Positions 17,308-25,680 of a DNA stretch of 40,537 bases are shown piece after piece; positions within the stretch are counted from its first letter, which is position 1; each line of letters opens with the position of its first letter. The notes beneath the pieces were generated by a model, which was not told the DNA's origin, made no database searches, and saw nothing but the letters and a program-made list of their open reading frames with translations. Made by a program: the position numbers and the translations under genes. Source of the stretch: Armatimonadota bacterium (GTDB lineage: Bacteria; Armatimonadota; Fimbriimonadia; Fimbriimonadales; Fimbriimonadaceae); contig JANNQV010000004.1 of assembly GCA_031400935.1 (NCBI GenBank), forward strand, positions 1 through 40,537, written 5' to 3'.

Positions 17308-19691
17308 GGCTGGTGAAAGTGATTACCTTGGTGCCGTGTGTGCACCTTGTCCGCGGGCCCTATGGGATATGACTTCCCGGCAGTGGTGCTGAATTCCCAG
17401 ATCCTGCCACCGCACACGACCAGGCAGGGGAGACCGGACCTAGAATGGATCACTGCCTTGGTCAAGCTGCCGTTTTCCCAGGTGATGTCTACATCGAATC
17501 CGCCCCGGGCGCAAATACCTTTAACCTTTCCGGTCGGCCATGCTTTGGGTAGCGCAGGAAGCAGATGAATCTGACCCGCGTGGCTTTGCAAAAGCATTTC
17601 GCAGTAGCCTGCAGTCGCGCCAAAATTTCCGTCAATCTGGAATGGTGGATGAGAGTCGAGCAAGTTCGGATAGACGCCGCCACCACTTTCGCCGTAGATG
17701 GTTTTCGTTTCGATGACCACGTTGATCAGGCTCCTAAGCATGGTGTAGGCGTGATCGCCGTCCCAAAGCCTGGCCCAGAAATTGATCTTCCATGCCCGGC
17801 TCCACCCAGTGCTCTGATCGCCACGGGCCAGCAATGAAACCCGGGAGGCTTCCGCTAGTTCAGGTGTACCGGCCCGTGTGATCTGGCGACCGGGATACAA
17901 CGCGAACAGATGGGAAACGTGTCGATGTGTATCTTTAGGATCGTCTCGGTCGGTCTCCCACTCTTGTAATTGACCCCATTTCCCGATCTTCGGCTTGAGC
18001 AACTTGTCACGCAGACTGGCGATGTGATCGCGAAACTCCTTGTCATCGCCTAGGATATTGGCTGCTTCAATCGTGTTGCTGAACAAATCGTAAACGATCT
18101 CTTGATCATAGGTCACGCCCTCCTCGGCGGGGCCGTGCTCTGGCGACCAGCCGTCGGGCGTGACAAGTGTGCCATCGGGACGCCTCTTCAGGTGATCTTC
18201 CCAGAATTGACAGACTTCCTTAAGAACGGGATAGGCAGTCTGGCGAAGATAGGTCTTGTCGCGGCCAAAAGCGAAATGCTCCCATAGATGCTGGGCGTAC
18301 CAAGCGCTGCCAGGTGGATTCCATTTCCAATATGAAATACCGCAGGCGTTGTTCATGGTTTGGACGGTCCAGCCCCGGACATTGCCATACTTCCTCTGGG
18401 TGTTTTTTGCACTAACTTCGCGGATGCTAGTGACGTAATCGATCAACGGTCGGTGGCATTCAGCTAGGTTGGACGGCTCGGCTGGCCAGTAGTTCATCTC
18501 GAGGTTGATGTTAGAGTGGTAATCGCCTGCCCAGGCCGGTTGGTTGCTATCATTCCAGACTCCTTGAAGATTGGCCGGCAACGAACCGGATCGCGAGCAA
18601 CTGATAAGAAGGTAGCGGCCAAACTGGCAAAACAGCGCTTCAAGGTCTGGGTCGGCTGTTCGGTTGTTTGCATACTCCTGCAACCGAACCAGCGTGGTCT
18701 TGGCGAGCTGGTGTGGCGCAGTTGCTCCCACATCGAGGGAAAAGCGGCTGAAGAGGGATTGAAAATCCTTTAGATGCCTCGCCACAAGATCTTTTACGTG
18801 TCGCCTGGCAGCGGAATCCACCTTTTTAGTGACAGCAGCGTGGGGATGTTCGCCTAACCACTGCTTAGAGTGATCTTGGAGGAAGTTCGTGCCCGCGCCA
18901 AGAATCAGGGTCAAGCTATTACATCGATCGAAAGCCAGACCGATCTCCGGCACCGCAATATCCCAAGGGTTTTTTGCGGACGGATAGTTATGCTTTGCCG
19001 TGATAGTGCCTTTCTTGTATTGCACCCGCAGTTGAGCCTCATACTCAAAACCATTCCCCATCTTGCCCACAGAGCTGAGTTTGTTGCCATCTGCATCAAT
19101 TTGGGCCTGATGCATGTCCGCAAGTTGTATGTGGCCGGTGTAGGCAGCGGGCTTGTCTGCAGTTAACTGAAGAACAATGACACCATCGGGATGACTGGCG
19201 AAGGCAGTACGCTGATATTGAACCCCGTTGTACTCGTAATTCACCTGATGGACTGCGCGACTGATGTCGAGCTCCTGCCGGTAATTGGTTACCTTGGAAA
19301 AGTCATGGCCGAGATGGATGAGGATGTCGCCAAATGCCTGATGGGCCCCCAGATCTTGGCCTTCATCTCCAAGACCCTCTGCGGCCATACGACCGCCGGA
19401 CCAAAGACTGATCTCATTGAACTGGATCCGTTCGACTTCGGTGCCTCCAAAGAGCATGGCACCCATCGGTCCGTTACCGATCGGGAGGGCCTCGGTCATC
19501 CAAGATTTTGCTGGGCGGTCATACCTCAAGCATAACTTGCCCGAAGCGTCTGCAAAGGCAGCTTTCTTCTGTGCCAACTCGCTAAAGCTTGACAGAGGCT
19601 CAACATTTAGGGCGATCGCTGCGAAAGAGGCAGAGAGCAAAAAGTGGCGCCTGGAAATGGCACTGTCTTGTGGGTCTGAATTGTCTTTCAT
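17304..19691 (-). CDS. Glycoside hydrolase family 95 (alpha-L-fucosidase/L-galactosidase), Tat-exported
   Basis: Motifs EALPIGNG, FGRYLLISCSR, PANLQGVWN, YHSNINLEMNYW, SPEHG, HRHVSHL and HPPFQIDGNFG. Start placed at the ATG at 19691, which gives an SRRHFL Tat leader. Confidence 0.93.
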   Translation of the reverse strand: MKDNSDPQDSAISRRHFLLSASFAAIALNVEPLSSFSELAQKKAAFADASGKLCLRYDRPAKSWMTEALPIGNGPMGAMLFGGTEVERIQFNEISLWSGGRMAAEGLGDEGQDLGAHQAFGDILIHLGHDFSKVTNYRQELDISRAVHQVNYEYNGVQYQRTAFASHPDGVIVLQLTADKPAAYTGHIQLADMHQAQIDADGNKLSSVGKMGNGFEYEAQLRVQYKKGTITAKHNYPSAKNPWDIAVPEIGLAFDRCNSLTLILGAGTNFLQDHSKQWLGEHPHAAVTKKVDSAARRHVKDLVARHLKDFQSLFSRFSLDVGATAPHQLAKTTLVRLQEYANNRTADPDLEALFCQFGRYLLISCSRSGSLPANLQGVWNDSNQPAWAGDYHSNINLEMNYWPAEPSNLAECHRPLIDYVTSIREVSAKNTQRKYGNVRGWTVQTMNNACGISYWKWNPPGSAWYAQHLWEHFAFGRDKTYLRQTAYPVLKEVCQFWEDHLKRRPDGTLVTPDGWSPEHGPAEEGVTYDQEIVYDLFSNTIEAANILGDDKEFRDHIASLRDKLLKPKIGKWGQLQEWETDRDDPKDTHRHVSHLFALYPGRQITRAGTPELAEASRVSLLARGDQSTGWSRAWKINFWARLWDGDHAYTMLRSLINVVIETKTIYGESGGGVYPNLLDSHPPFQIDGNFGATAGYCEMLLQSHAGQIHLLPALPKAWPTGKVKGICARGGFDVDITWENGSLTKAVIHSRSGLPCLVVCGGRIWEFSTTAGKSYPIGPADKVHTRHQGNHFHQP

Positions 19692-19734
19692 GATGGCGTT
19701 GAGGTTCGAAATGACATTGTTGCCGATTGCCGTT

Positions 19735-21408
19735 CTAGCGGAAACCAATGGACTGGCGGGTCGCAATCGGCACATAACCGACTTCCAGACCTTTAGGGGG
19801 CTCCACGATCTGGGCAGGATCAAGATCGGCTAGTTTCCCGAGTTTCGGCGGGGCGAGGTAGTCACGATTAATCGGCCATGCCCGATGAAGCTTTTCGACT
19901 TTGACCTGCATTAACTCCCGTTCGGCTTTAGAAAGATCGGAGTTGAGCAATGCAGGTTGGTCGGCAAAGCGGTACCAATAGTATGTGACCGTACTGCCAT
20001 CGCCGAGTTTTGCGGTGAAGGGACCGGCGACAGGGCCAGGTTTTTTCCAGAAAGAGTTTGGCTGGTCAGGAGTGGTGTATGGCTTCTCGGGTGTTTCCAC
20101 CGGGGTTGTCCAAACTAGTTTTTGGAGTCCTGTTTCGTTTGGGACTTGGTTGCTACTTACGGGTTTCCACTTTATCTTCTTGCCTTCTTTGTCCCTTTCA
20201 AGCCAGAAATATTCCGGGAGGGTAGCCAGAAGGCCATTTGGAGTGGTGGTCTTTGTTACGGAGGAGTAGTCCCATGTGTAGCCATAGGCATCCGATGACG
20301 GCACCGCTGGGGTTGCAAATGCTTTCCAGTCGACTGCGACTTTCTCTTCTTTTCCGCCCTGGATCGGAGTCCTTATTTCCCAAGTGGCGTAGCCACCATT
20401 TTCAAAATTGCGAACGAAGGCTCCTTTCGGAGCGATTTTTCCGCTGCTTGGCGCGCCGCCTTTGAACCAGCTATTGACGGAGTTCCACACTGCAGACGCG
20501 TTATAGACCGTGTCCTGTCGGATGAGTGTGGATGAACCGTCGGGATTACGCGGGAACGCGGTTGGAGCGATCCTTGCGTAGGACTCACCCTTCGAATCAG
20601 TTGCGACTCGGCACGGGATGTACTGGGTTTCCATTTGGACATGTCGATTTGGATCGGAGGGCCGTGTATCGAGCAAGAGACCTGAAAGTCTAGGTTCCTT
20701 CACCGCGCCTTTTGACCAAAAATTCGGCAAAAAGAAGGCGACGGGGCCTTTGAAGTTCTTTGAATTAATAAACAGGGTCCAGCAGTTGTTGCCAGTAGGA
20801 ACCTCGTGCCCTTCTGTGGTTGACTTTGGTTCAGTCAATGGAAGGTTGATGTAGCCGTAGCCGAATAACTCTCCACAGGTGCCTTGCTTGAGGTTTAACC
20901 CGTCAATTGGGAAAAGTAGACGAGGGCTTAACTGAGCAACTCCATACAGCCCTCGAGGCTCTTCCCAAGTCCCCCAGCCATGGGCGGGTCCGTTTGCAAT
21001 CGTAGAGAAGTTTGGGCCTACTCCTCCCATTATGAATTTGGGAGTTTCGGTTGGGAATCGTGTGTCTCGCCACCAGCCGAGGCCGCCCTCAATATCGGAA
21101 TACATGTCTTTCGGAGGTTGGGTGTCGTATTGGGCAAACATCCAGGTGCTTGGAAGCCCGGTCTGGAACTGATGACCAGGGTAGTTTCGGAGCAAGGGCC
21201 ATGCAGCAACATACATTGAAAACCCCGCGTTGTAACTTTTGTCAACTTTTCCGTTGATGGGAACGATTAGGTATCCAGCCAGATACTCCTGCCGAGCACC
21301 GCAAACGCCGGCGAGAAGAATTGCGGTCGATAAAATAGTCGTTCGGATCGCAACTCTTGAACCTCCTGAGCTTTCGAGTATCTGACTCATATCCAGATTA
21401 TGATTCAA
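19735..21408 (-). CDS. Hypothetical secreted protein
   Basis: 557-aa ORF with a hydrophobic leader (ILSTAILLAGVC), rich in Trp/Gly/Pro/Tyr, co-oriented with GH95. Start uncertain; no family assigned. Confidence 0.8.
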   Translation of the reverse strand: MNHNLDMSQILESSGGSRVAIRTTILSTAILLAGVCGARQEYLAGYLIVPINGKVDKSYNAGFSMYVAAWPLLRNYPGHQFQTGLPSTWMFAQYDTQPPKDMYSDIEGGLGWWRDTRFPTETPKFIMGGVGPNFSTIANGPAHGWGTWEEPRGLYGVAQLSPRLLFPIDGLNLKQGTCGELFGYGYINLPLTEPKSTTEGHEVPTGNNCWTLFINSKNFKGPVAFFLPNFWSKGAVKEPRLSGLLLDTRPSDPNRHVQMETQYIPCRVATDSKGESYARIAPTAFPRNPDGSSTLIRQDTVYNASAVWNSVNSWFKGGAPSSGKIAPKGAFVRNFENGGYATWEIRTPIQGGKEEKVAVDWKAFATPAVPSSDAYGYTWDYSSVTKTTTPNGLLATLPEYFWLERDKEGKKIKWKPVSSNQVPNETGLQKLVWTTPVETPEKPYTTPDQPNSFWKKPGPVAGPFTAKLGDGSTVTYYWYRFADQPALLNSDLSKAERELMQVKVEKLHRAWPINRDYLAPPKLGKLADLDPAQIVEPPKGLEVGYVPIATRQSIGFR

Positions 21409-21698
21409 CGACTCGATCCAGAATGAAACAATGCCTGTTCAACTCCCCTTGAACCTCCTGTTTCATACGGGGTGCCTGTTGAAGGTTCTGTTTGAGTTAT
21501 GTTTGGAAAACCGAGATACAAATAGCGACATATGATTGCCAATAGGAAATCTGAGCCTACTAGAAACGGACGCACGCAATGGAAATGTTGCGTTTCAATC
21601 ACGTTCCGCACCGTGATCCTAAACTGGAAAGTTCGAGTCCTGCAATCTTGATACCCCGATTTCATGCAAGTTCGGGTTCAACTTTGGCTTCGAGAAGA

Positions 21699-21774
21699 TG
21701 GTGGAGGATAGGGGACTCGAACCCCTGACATCCTGCTTGCAAAGCAGGCGCTCTCCCAACTGAGCTAATCCCCC
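21699..21774 (-). tRNA. tRNA-Ala (TGC)
   Basis: Minus strand reads GGGGGATTAGCTCAGTTGGGAGAGCGCCTGCTTTGCAAGCAGGATGTCAGGGGTTCGAGTCCCCTATCCTCCACCA: 76 nt, full cloverleaf, G3:U70 pair, encoded CCA. Confidence 0.98.
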
Positions 21775-21901
21775 ACGCTAGGAAGCAAACATAGTACCCC
21801 AGGAGCCATTTTGAACAATGGCTGTCCGCTCACGGTGAACATAGAGTGTTAGATTCCACATTGTGCGCACACTGCACATTCAAACCACCTGCCAACGCAC
21901 C

Positions 21902-23515
21902 TTAAAACAAATCGCTAACCCGATCAGGATGCGTCACGCTTTGATCAGGACGATAACCATAGCACTCATAAAAGTAGTAAAGGTCAAAGCCGTCTGGGTT
22001 TGATGCCATTTTGGCAACTCCGAGCCTTGTGTTTGAGAGATAAACGTGATCAAAGCGAAGATTCAGTAATCTGCCCTTGTCTGAATCTGGAGGATCTTGA
22101 AGAACTACAAGCATGTTTGAACCAGCGTTCAAACTAGCGTCCCGATTCCAATACACATATTGATTCGACCGGGTATGAAGGAAAAAACAAACGGTCCGAG
22201 GCTGATCTTTCATGAAGAATGCAAGCCGAGAACATTCCTGATACGTCGTTGCCGCAACGATGATCTGACCTGAAGTACGTACTTTCATGCTCTCAATAGC
22301 CTTGTTTGCTGTTCGCCCCAATTCTTGTCCGCCAAGCACCTTTCTGAAATTGATGTGGAACGCAGGAGGCGCATTGTTGCCAAGCAATGGAAAGAAACTT
22401 GGAATCGAAATTGGGACAATCGCAATCGAGGATAGGGCTACCGAAAAGCCGACACCAAGTCCCACCCATGTTCGCCGTCGCTTAGAAATTATTGGCTGAT
22501 CTGAACTTGAATGAGCAAAAACTGCCACTGAAATCCCTAAAATCAACCAGCCTACTCCGGGCCAATTCTCACCTATTCGGCCCCTTGATGCCATAAGTAG
22601 AAAGAACACTAACACTGGTGCCCCCAGAAACAGCAACAACCGCCCATGCGTTGCAGGAAACGAATTGTCGCCTTTCCAAAGTCGGAAAAATCCCAAGCAC
22701 CCTAAGACAAAGATTATAGGTGAAACCAGCAATGATTGAACCAAAGTAAAGTTGACTGGACGGAGTAATACATGGGTACCGTCCGTTTTGCGAGCCAGTA
22801 ATCCAAGATGCGAAAACGTAATCCAATCGTGGCTGGCTAGCCAAAAGATATAGGGAGAGAGGATAGCAAATCCAATAGCAAGCGACCCCCATAGCCTCCA
22901 ATCACGCAGCCATTTTCGGTATCCGGGATGGATCAGCAAAAACAGAAATACGCATAAAGCAAAGAGCCCCATCGTCAGCTTTGCCAGAAGACCAAATCCG
23001 AGTGCAATTCCAATCCAAATCCACGCCCTTTTTGATTCAAACAGCAGCAAATTCGCAATTTGCAAGCTCGCGAATGACCAGCAAAGCATGAGCAATGCGT
23101 CGTAGGTCGCCATGAATCCCCCTGCGATTCCAATTGGCGTGACTGCCATAACAATCAGCGACATCTTTGCAACTTTGGTGTCGAAAAGCGACTCCGCAAA
23201 ACGGAAGCTGACAAGTTGAAAACCAAAGAAGCAAAGAATTGCGACCATTCGAATTCCAAGAACGGTATCGCCGAACACCGAACAAGTCAATCGAATCGCC
23301 CAAGCGATCAGAGGTCCTTGGTCGTAATATCCGAAGTCTAAATGGCGGCTCCATTCCCAATAGTAAGTTTCATCGGCGGTTAGTGGAACCACTAGTGCCA
23401 AAAGGATATGGACCAGCGTTGTGATTGCGATAACCACCCAAGTGGATCGCGGTATCCCGTCTGAAAGCTTGGCTGAAGAAGTCTTGGAGTTGTTTTCGAT
23501 CATGGGAAGTTGCAA
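21902..23515 (-). CDS. GT-C fold glycosyltransferase (ArnT/PMT-like, GT39/83)
   Basis: DETYYWEWSRHLDFGYYDQGPLIAW, GLLAKLT and P...W...HDW motifs; many TM helices. Alternative ATG at 23503. Confidence 0.88.
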   Translation of the reverse strand: MQLPMIENNSKTSSAKLSDGIPRSTWVVIAITTLVHILLALVVPLTADETYYWEWSRHLDFGYYDQGPLIAWAIRLTCSVFGDTVLGIRMVAILCFFGFQLVSFRFAESLFDTKVAKMSLIVMAVTPIGIAGGFMATYDALLMLCWSFASLQIANLLLFESKRAWIWIGIALGFGLLAKLTMGLFALCVFLFLLIHPGYRKWLRDWRLWGSLAIGFAILSPYIFWLASHDWITFSHLGLLARKTDGTHVLLRPVNFTLVQSLLVSPIIFVLGCLGFFRLWKGDNSFPATHGRLLLFLGAPVLVFFLLMASRGRIGENWPGVGWLILGISVAVFAHSSSDQPIISKRRRTWVGLGVGFSVALSSIAIVPISIPSFFPLLGNNAPPAFHINFRKVLGGQELGRTANKAIESMKVRTSGQIIVAATTYQECSRLAFFMKDQPRTVCFFLHTRSNQYVYWNRDASLNAGSNMLVVLQDPPDSDKGRLLNLRFDHVYLSNTRLGVAKMASNPDGFDLYYFYECYGYRPDQSVTHPDRVSDLF

Positions 23516-23694
23516 TCAGAGCAGATTCTGCAAGGTTAACGTTTCGAATGAATTCCAGCAAATGCAACTGTAGGACGAAATTGTTGCTGTAAAGAATGCT
23601 GAGAACGCAGGTCTTCTTTGCTCCCCTTAAGGAAAAGGATTGAAACGATTTGTCGTCAGGTGCTAAGATTGGGACTATTGCGGGGAATATAGAT

Positions 23695-25617
23695 ATGAAA
23701 TTGAATAGAAATGTATTTTTATCATCTTTTGTCTGCGTTGTTGGCATAGCCTCCTTGGCGCTTTGGTCAACAGATGTTTTTGCCGGTGGGTCAGAAAGTC
23801 TTTTCGGGCAAAATCAGCAAAGTCGAACAAGCACAGATCCACCAATTGCTAACGAGGGCAAACTTGGACAAGACCTGTTCTTGGCGATTGACCACCGAGA
23901 CCTTTCTGAAGTCAAAGCACTTATCAAAAGGGGTGCGGACGTAAATGCTCGCAACGGATTGCAGTTTGTCCCGCTATATATCGCCGCAGCCAGCTATCAA
24001 CCTGACGTAATGACAGCCCTGCTTGAAGCTGGAGCTGATGCCGAAGCAGGGAGCGTATATGGCACTCCTCTGACCTTTGCTTCAATTACTGGGAATCTGC
24101 AAGGGGCGAAAATTCTATTAGATCGCGGCGTTGCAGTCAATAATCAACGCACCGATGGAAAAACAGCTCTGATGATGGCGTCCTTTGCTGGCAATCCTGC
24201 ACTCGTTGTTGAACTTGTCAAGAACAAGGCTGACGTGAAAGCGAAAAGCGGTTCGAACGCTACGGCTCTAAGTTTTGCCGCCTCGGGCGGCCATGTTGAA
24301 TCTGGACGGTTGCTCATCGAAGCAGGCGCGGACGTCAATAGCAAAGATGAGCAGGGACAAACGCCTTTGATGCTAGCGGCTATTGCAGGGCATACCGACT
24401 TCATAGAGATGCTGCTTCAAAAGGGTGCGAAACAAGATACTCAAGATACACATGGGCGGACAGCGCTGATTTTGGCTGCCACGTATGGCGACAATCCTGA
24501 AATGGTTCGTGCCTTGCTAGATAGCGGCGCGAACGAGCACATGAAGGATGATAAGGGTCTAACAGCCGCTACCCTGTCTGCGATCCGAGGAAACAAGCTA
24601 AGTCGCTCAATTCTTGCAACAACCAATTCTGATTCAGGAAGCTTTTCTGAAATCAAGGGGACTGCATCAAATGCAGCGACAGCGGGCCTGAAGGCAATCG
24701 AGTTTTCGATGAAGGATTTTAGTAAAAAGGTTGCCTGTATGTCGTGCCATCAAGAAGGATTGGGGAGAATGGCAACCGCATCAGCGCGAAATCATGGCCT
24801 TAAGGTTGATGAGAAGCTAAACCAATCTCAATTGCAGAGGCTACGGGGAGCATACGGCTTTATGAAAGCGATGAACACCCAAGCGTTGAATGACCCGGAA
24901 GTAATGAAGCAGCTTCCACTCATCGAAATCAACGACATTGCCGCAGGAGACTCATGGTTTCTTGGTGGCATGGCCGCTCAAAACGATGCGCCAAACGAAG
25001 CAACTGCCGCTGCCGCAATGGTGCTAGCTCGTCAGCAATCTCCTGATGGCAAATGGACGTTTTCATTGCCAAGGGTTCCTATGCAATCAAGCAATTTTAC
25101 ATATACGGCACTTTCGGTTCAATCATTGGCGGTTTTTGGTCCGCGGACAAACTCTGCTGAAACTAACAAGCGGACAGCAAAGGCAAAATCTTGGCTTCTT
25201 CAAACGCCAGCGCAAACTGGCGATGATCGCGCGTTTCGGCTGCTAGGGCTGAAATGGGCAGGGGCTATGTTGCCTGAAAGAAGCAAAGCCATTCAAGAGC
25301 TGGTGGCTGCTCAGAATCCAGATGGTGGCTGGTCCCAAGTGCCAGGTATGAAAAGCGATGCTTATGCAACGGGCCAGGCATTGTATGCTTTGCGAGTTGG
25401 GGGAGCAATGCCCGTGACAGATCCAGTGTATTCACGCGGTATTGAGCTACTCCTAAGGACGCAAGATGACGACGGAACCTGGTTTGTAAACAAACGAGCC
25501 ATTCCGGCAAACAACTATTTCGATGCCAGTTTCCCTCATGGCGAGTCTCAGTATTCGTCATTCAACGGCACTTGTTGGGCTCTGTTGGCGATATTGGAGA
25601 CGTTGCCGAAAAAGTAG
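23695..25617 (+). CDS. Exported ankyrin-repeat protein with a CxxCH motif and C-terminal prenyltransferase/squalene-oxidase-type repeats
   Basis: Signal peptide; about 7-8 ankyrin repeats (G.TPL..AA..G...V..LL..GADVN); CMSCH; QW-like repeats QSPDGKW, QNPDGGW and QDDDGTW. Confidence 0.85.
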   Translation: MKLNRNVFLSSFVCVVGIASLALWSTDVFAGGSESLFGQNQQSRTSTDPPIANEGKLGQDLFLAIDHRDLSEVKALIKRGADVNARNGLQFVPLYIAAASYQPDVMTALLEAGADAEAGSVYGTPLTFASITGNLQGAKILLDRGVAVNNQRTDGKTALMMASFAGNPALVVELVKNKADVKAKSGSNATALSFAASGGHVESGRLLIEAGADVNSKDEQGQTPLMLAAIAGHTDFIEMLLQKGAKQDTQDTHGRTALILAATYGDNPEMVRALLDSGANEHMKDDKGLTAATLSAIRGNKLSRSILATTNSDSGSFSEIKGTASNAATAGLKAIEFSMKDFSKKVACMSCHQEGLGRMATASARNHGLKVDEKLNQSQLQRLRGAYGFMKAMNTQALNDPEVMKQLPLIEINDIAAGDSWFLGGMAAQNDAPNEATAAAAMVLARQQSPDGKWTFSLPRVPMQSSNFTYTALSVQSLAVFGPRTNSAETNKRTAKAKSWLLQTPAQTGDDRAFRLLGLKWAGAMLPERSKAIQELVAAQNPDGGWSQVPGMKSDAYATGQALYALRVGGAMPVTDPVYSRGIELLLRTQDDDGTWFVNKRAIPANNYFDASFPHGESQYSSFNGTCWALLAILETLPKK

Positions 25618-25628
25618 CATTGCAAAAG

Positions 25629-25659
25629 AATGGGGATGCAAATCACGCGCATCCCCATT
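25629..25659 (+). terminator. Hairpin after the ankyrin gene, possible intrinsic terminator
   Basis: AATGGGGATGC-N9-GCATCCCCATT forms a perfect 11-bp stem, followed by a weak pyrimidine tail (TCCTTT). Confidence 0.5.
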
Positions 25660-25680
25660 TCCTTTGAGTAGACTCCAACG

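Noticed and set aside
19692..19823. N-terminal extension of the GH95 ORF in the ORF track
   Set aside because: It overlaps the upstream gene by 89 nt, and the ATG at 19691 gives a proper Tat leader.
21405..21698. 86-aa ORF and GTTCGAGTCC T-loop-like motif beside tRNA-Ala
   Set aside because: No cloverleaf can be built and the ORF has no recognisable features; at most this is island-edge debris.
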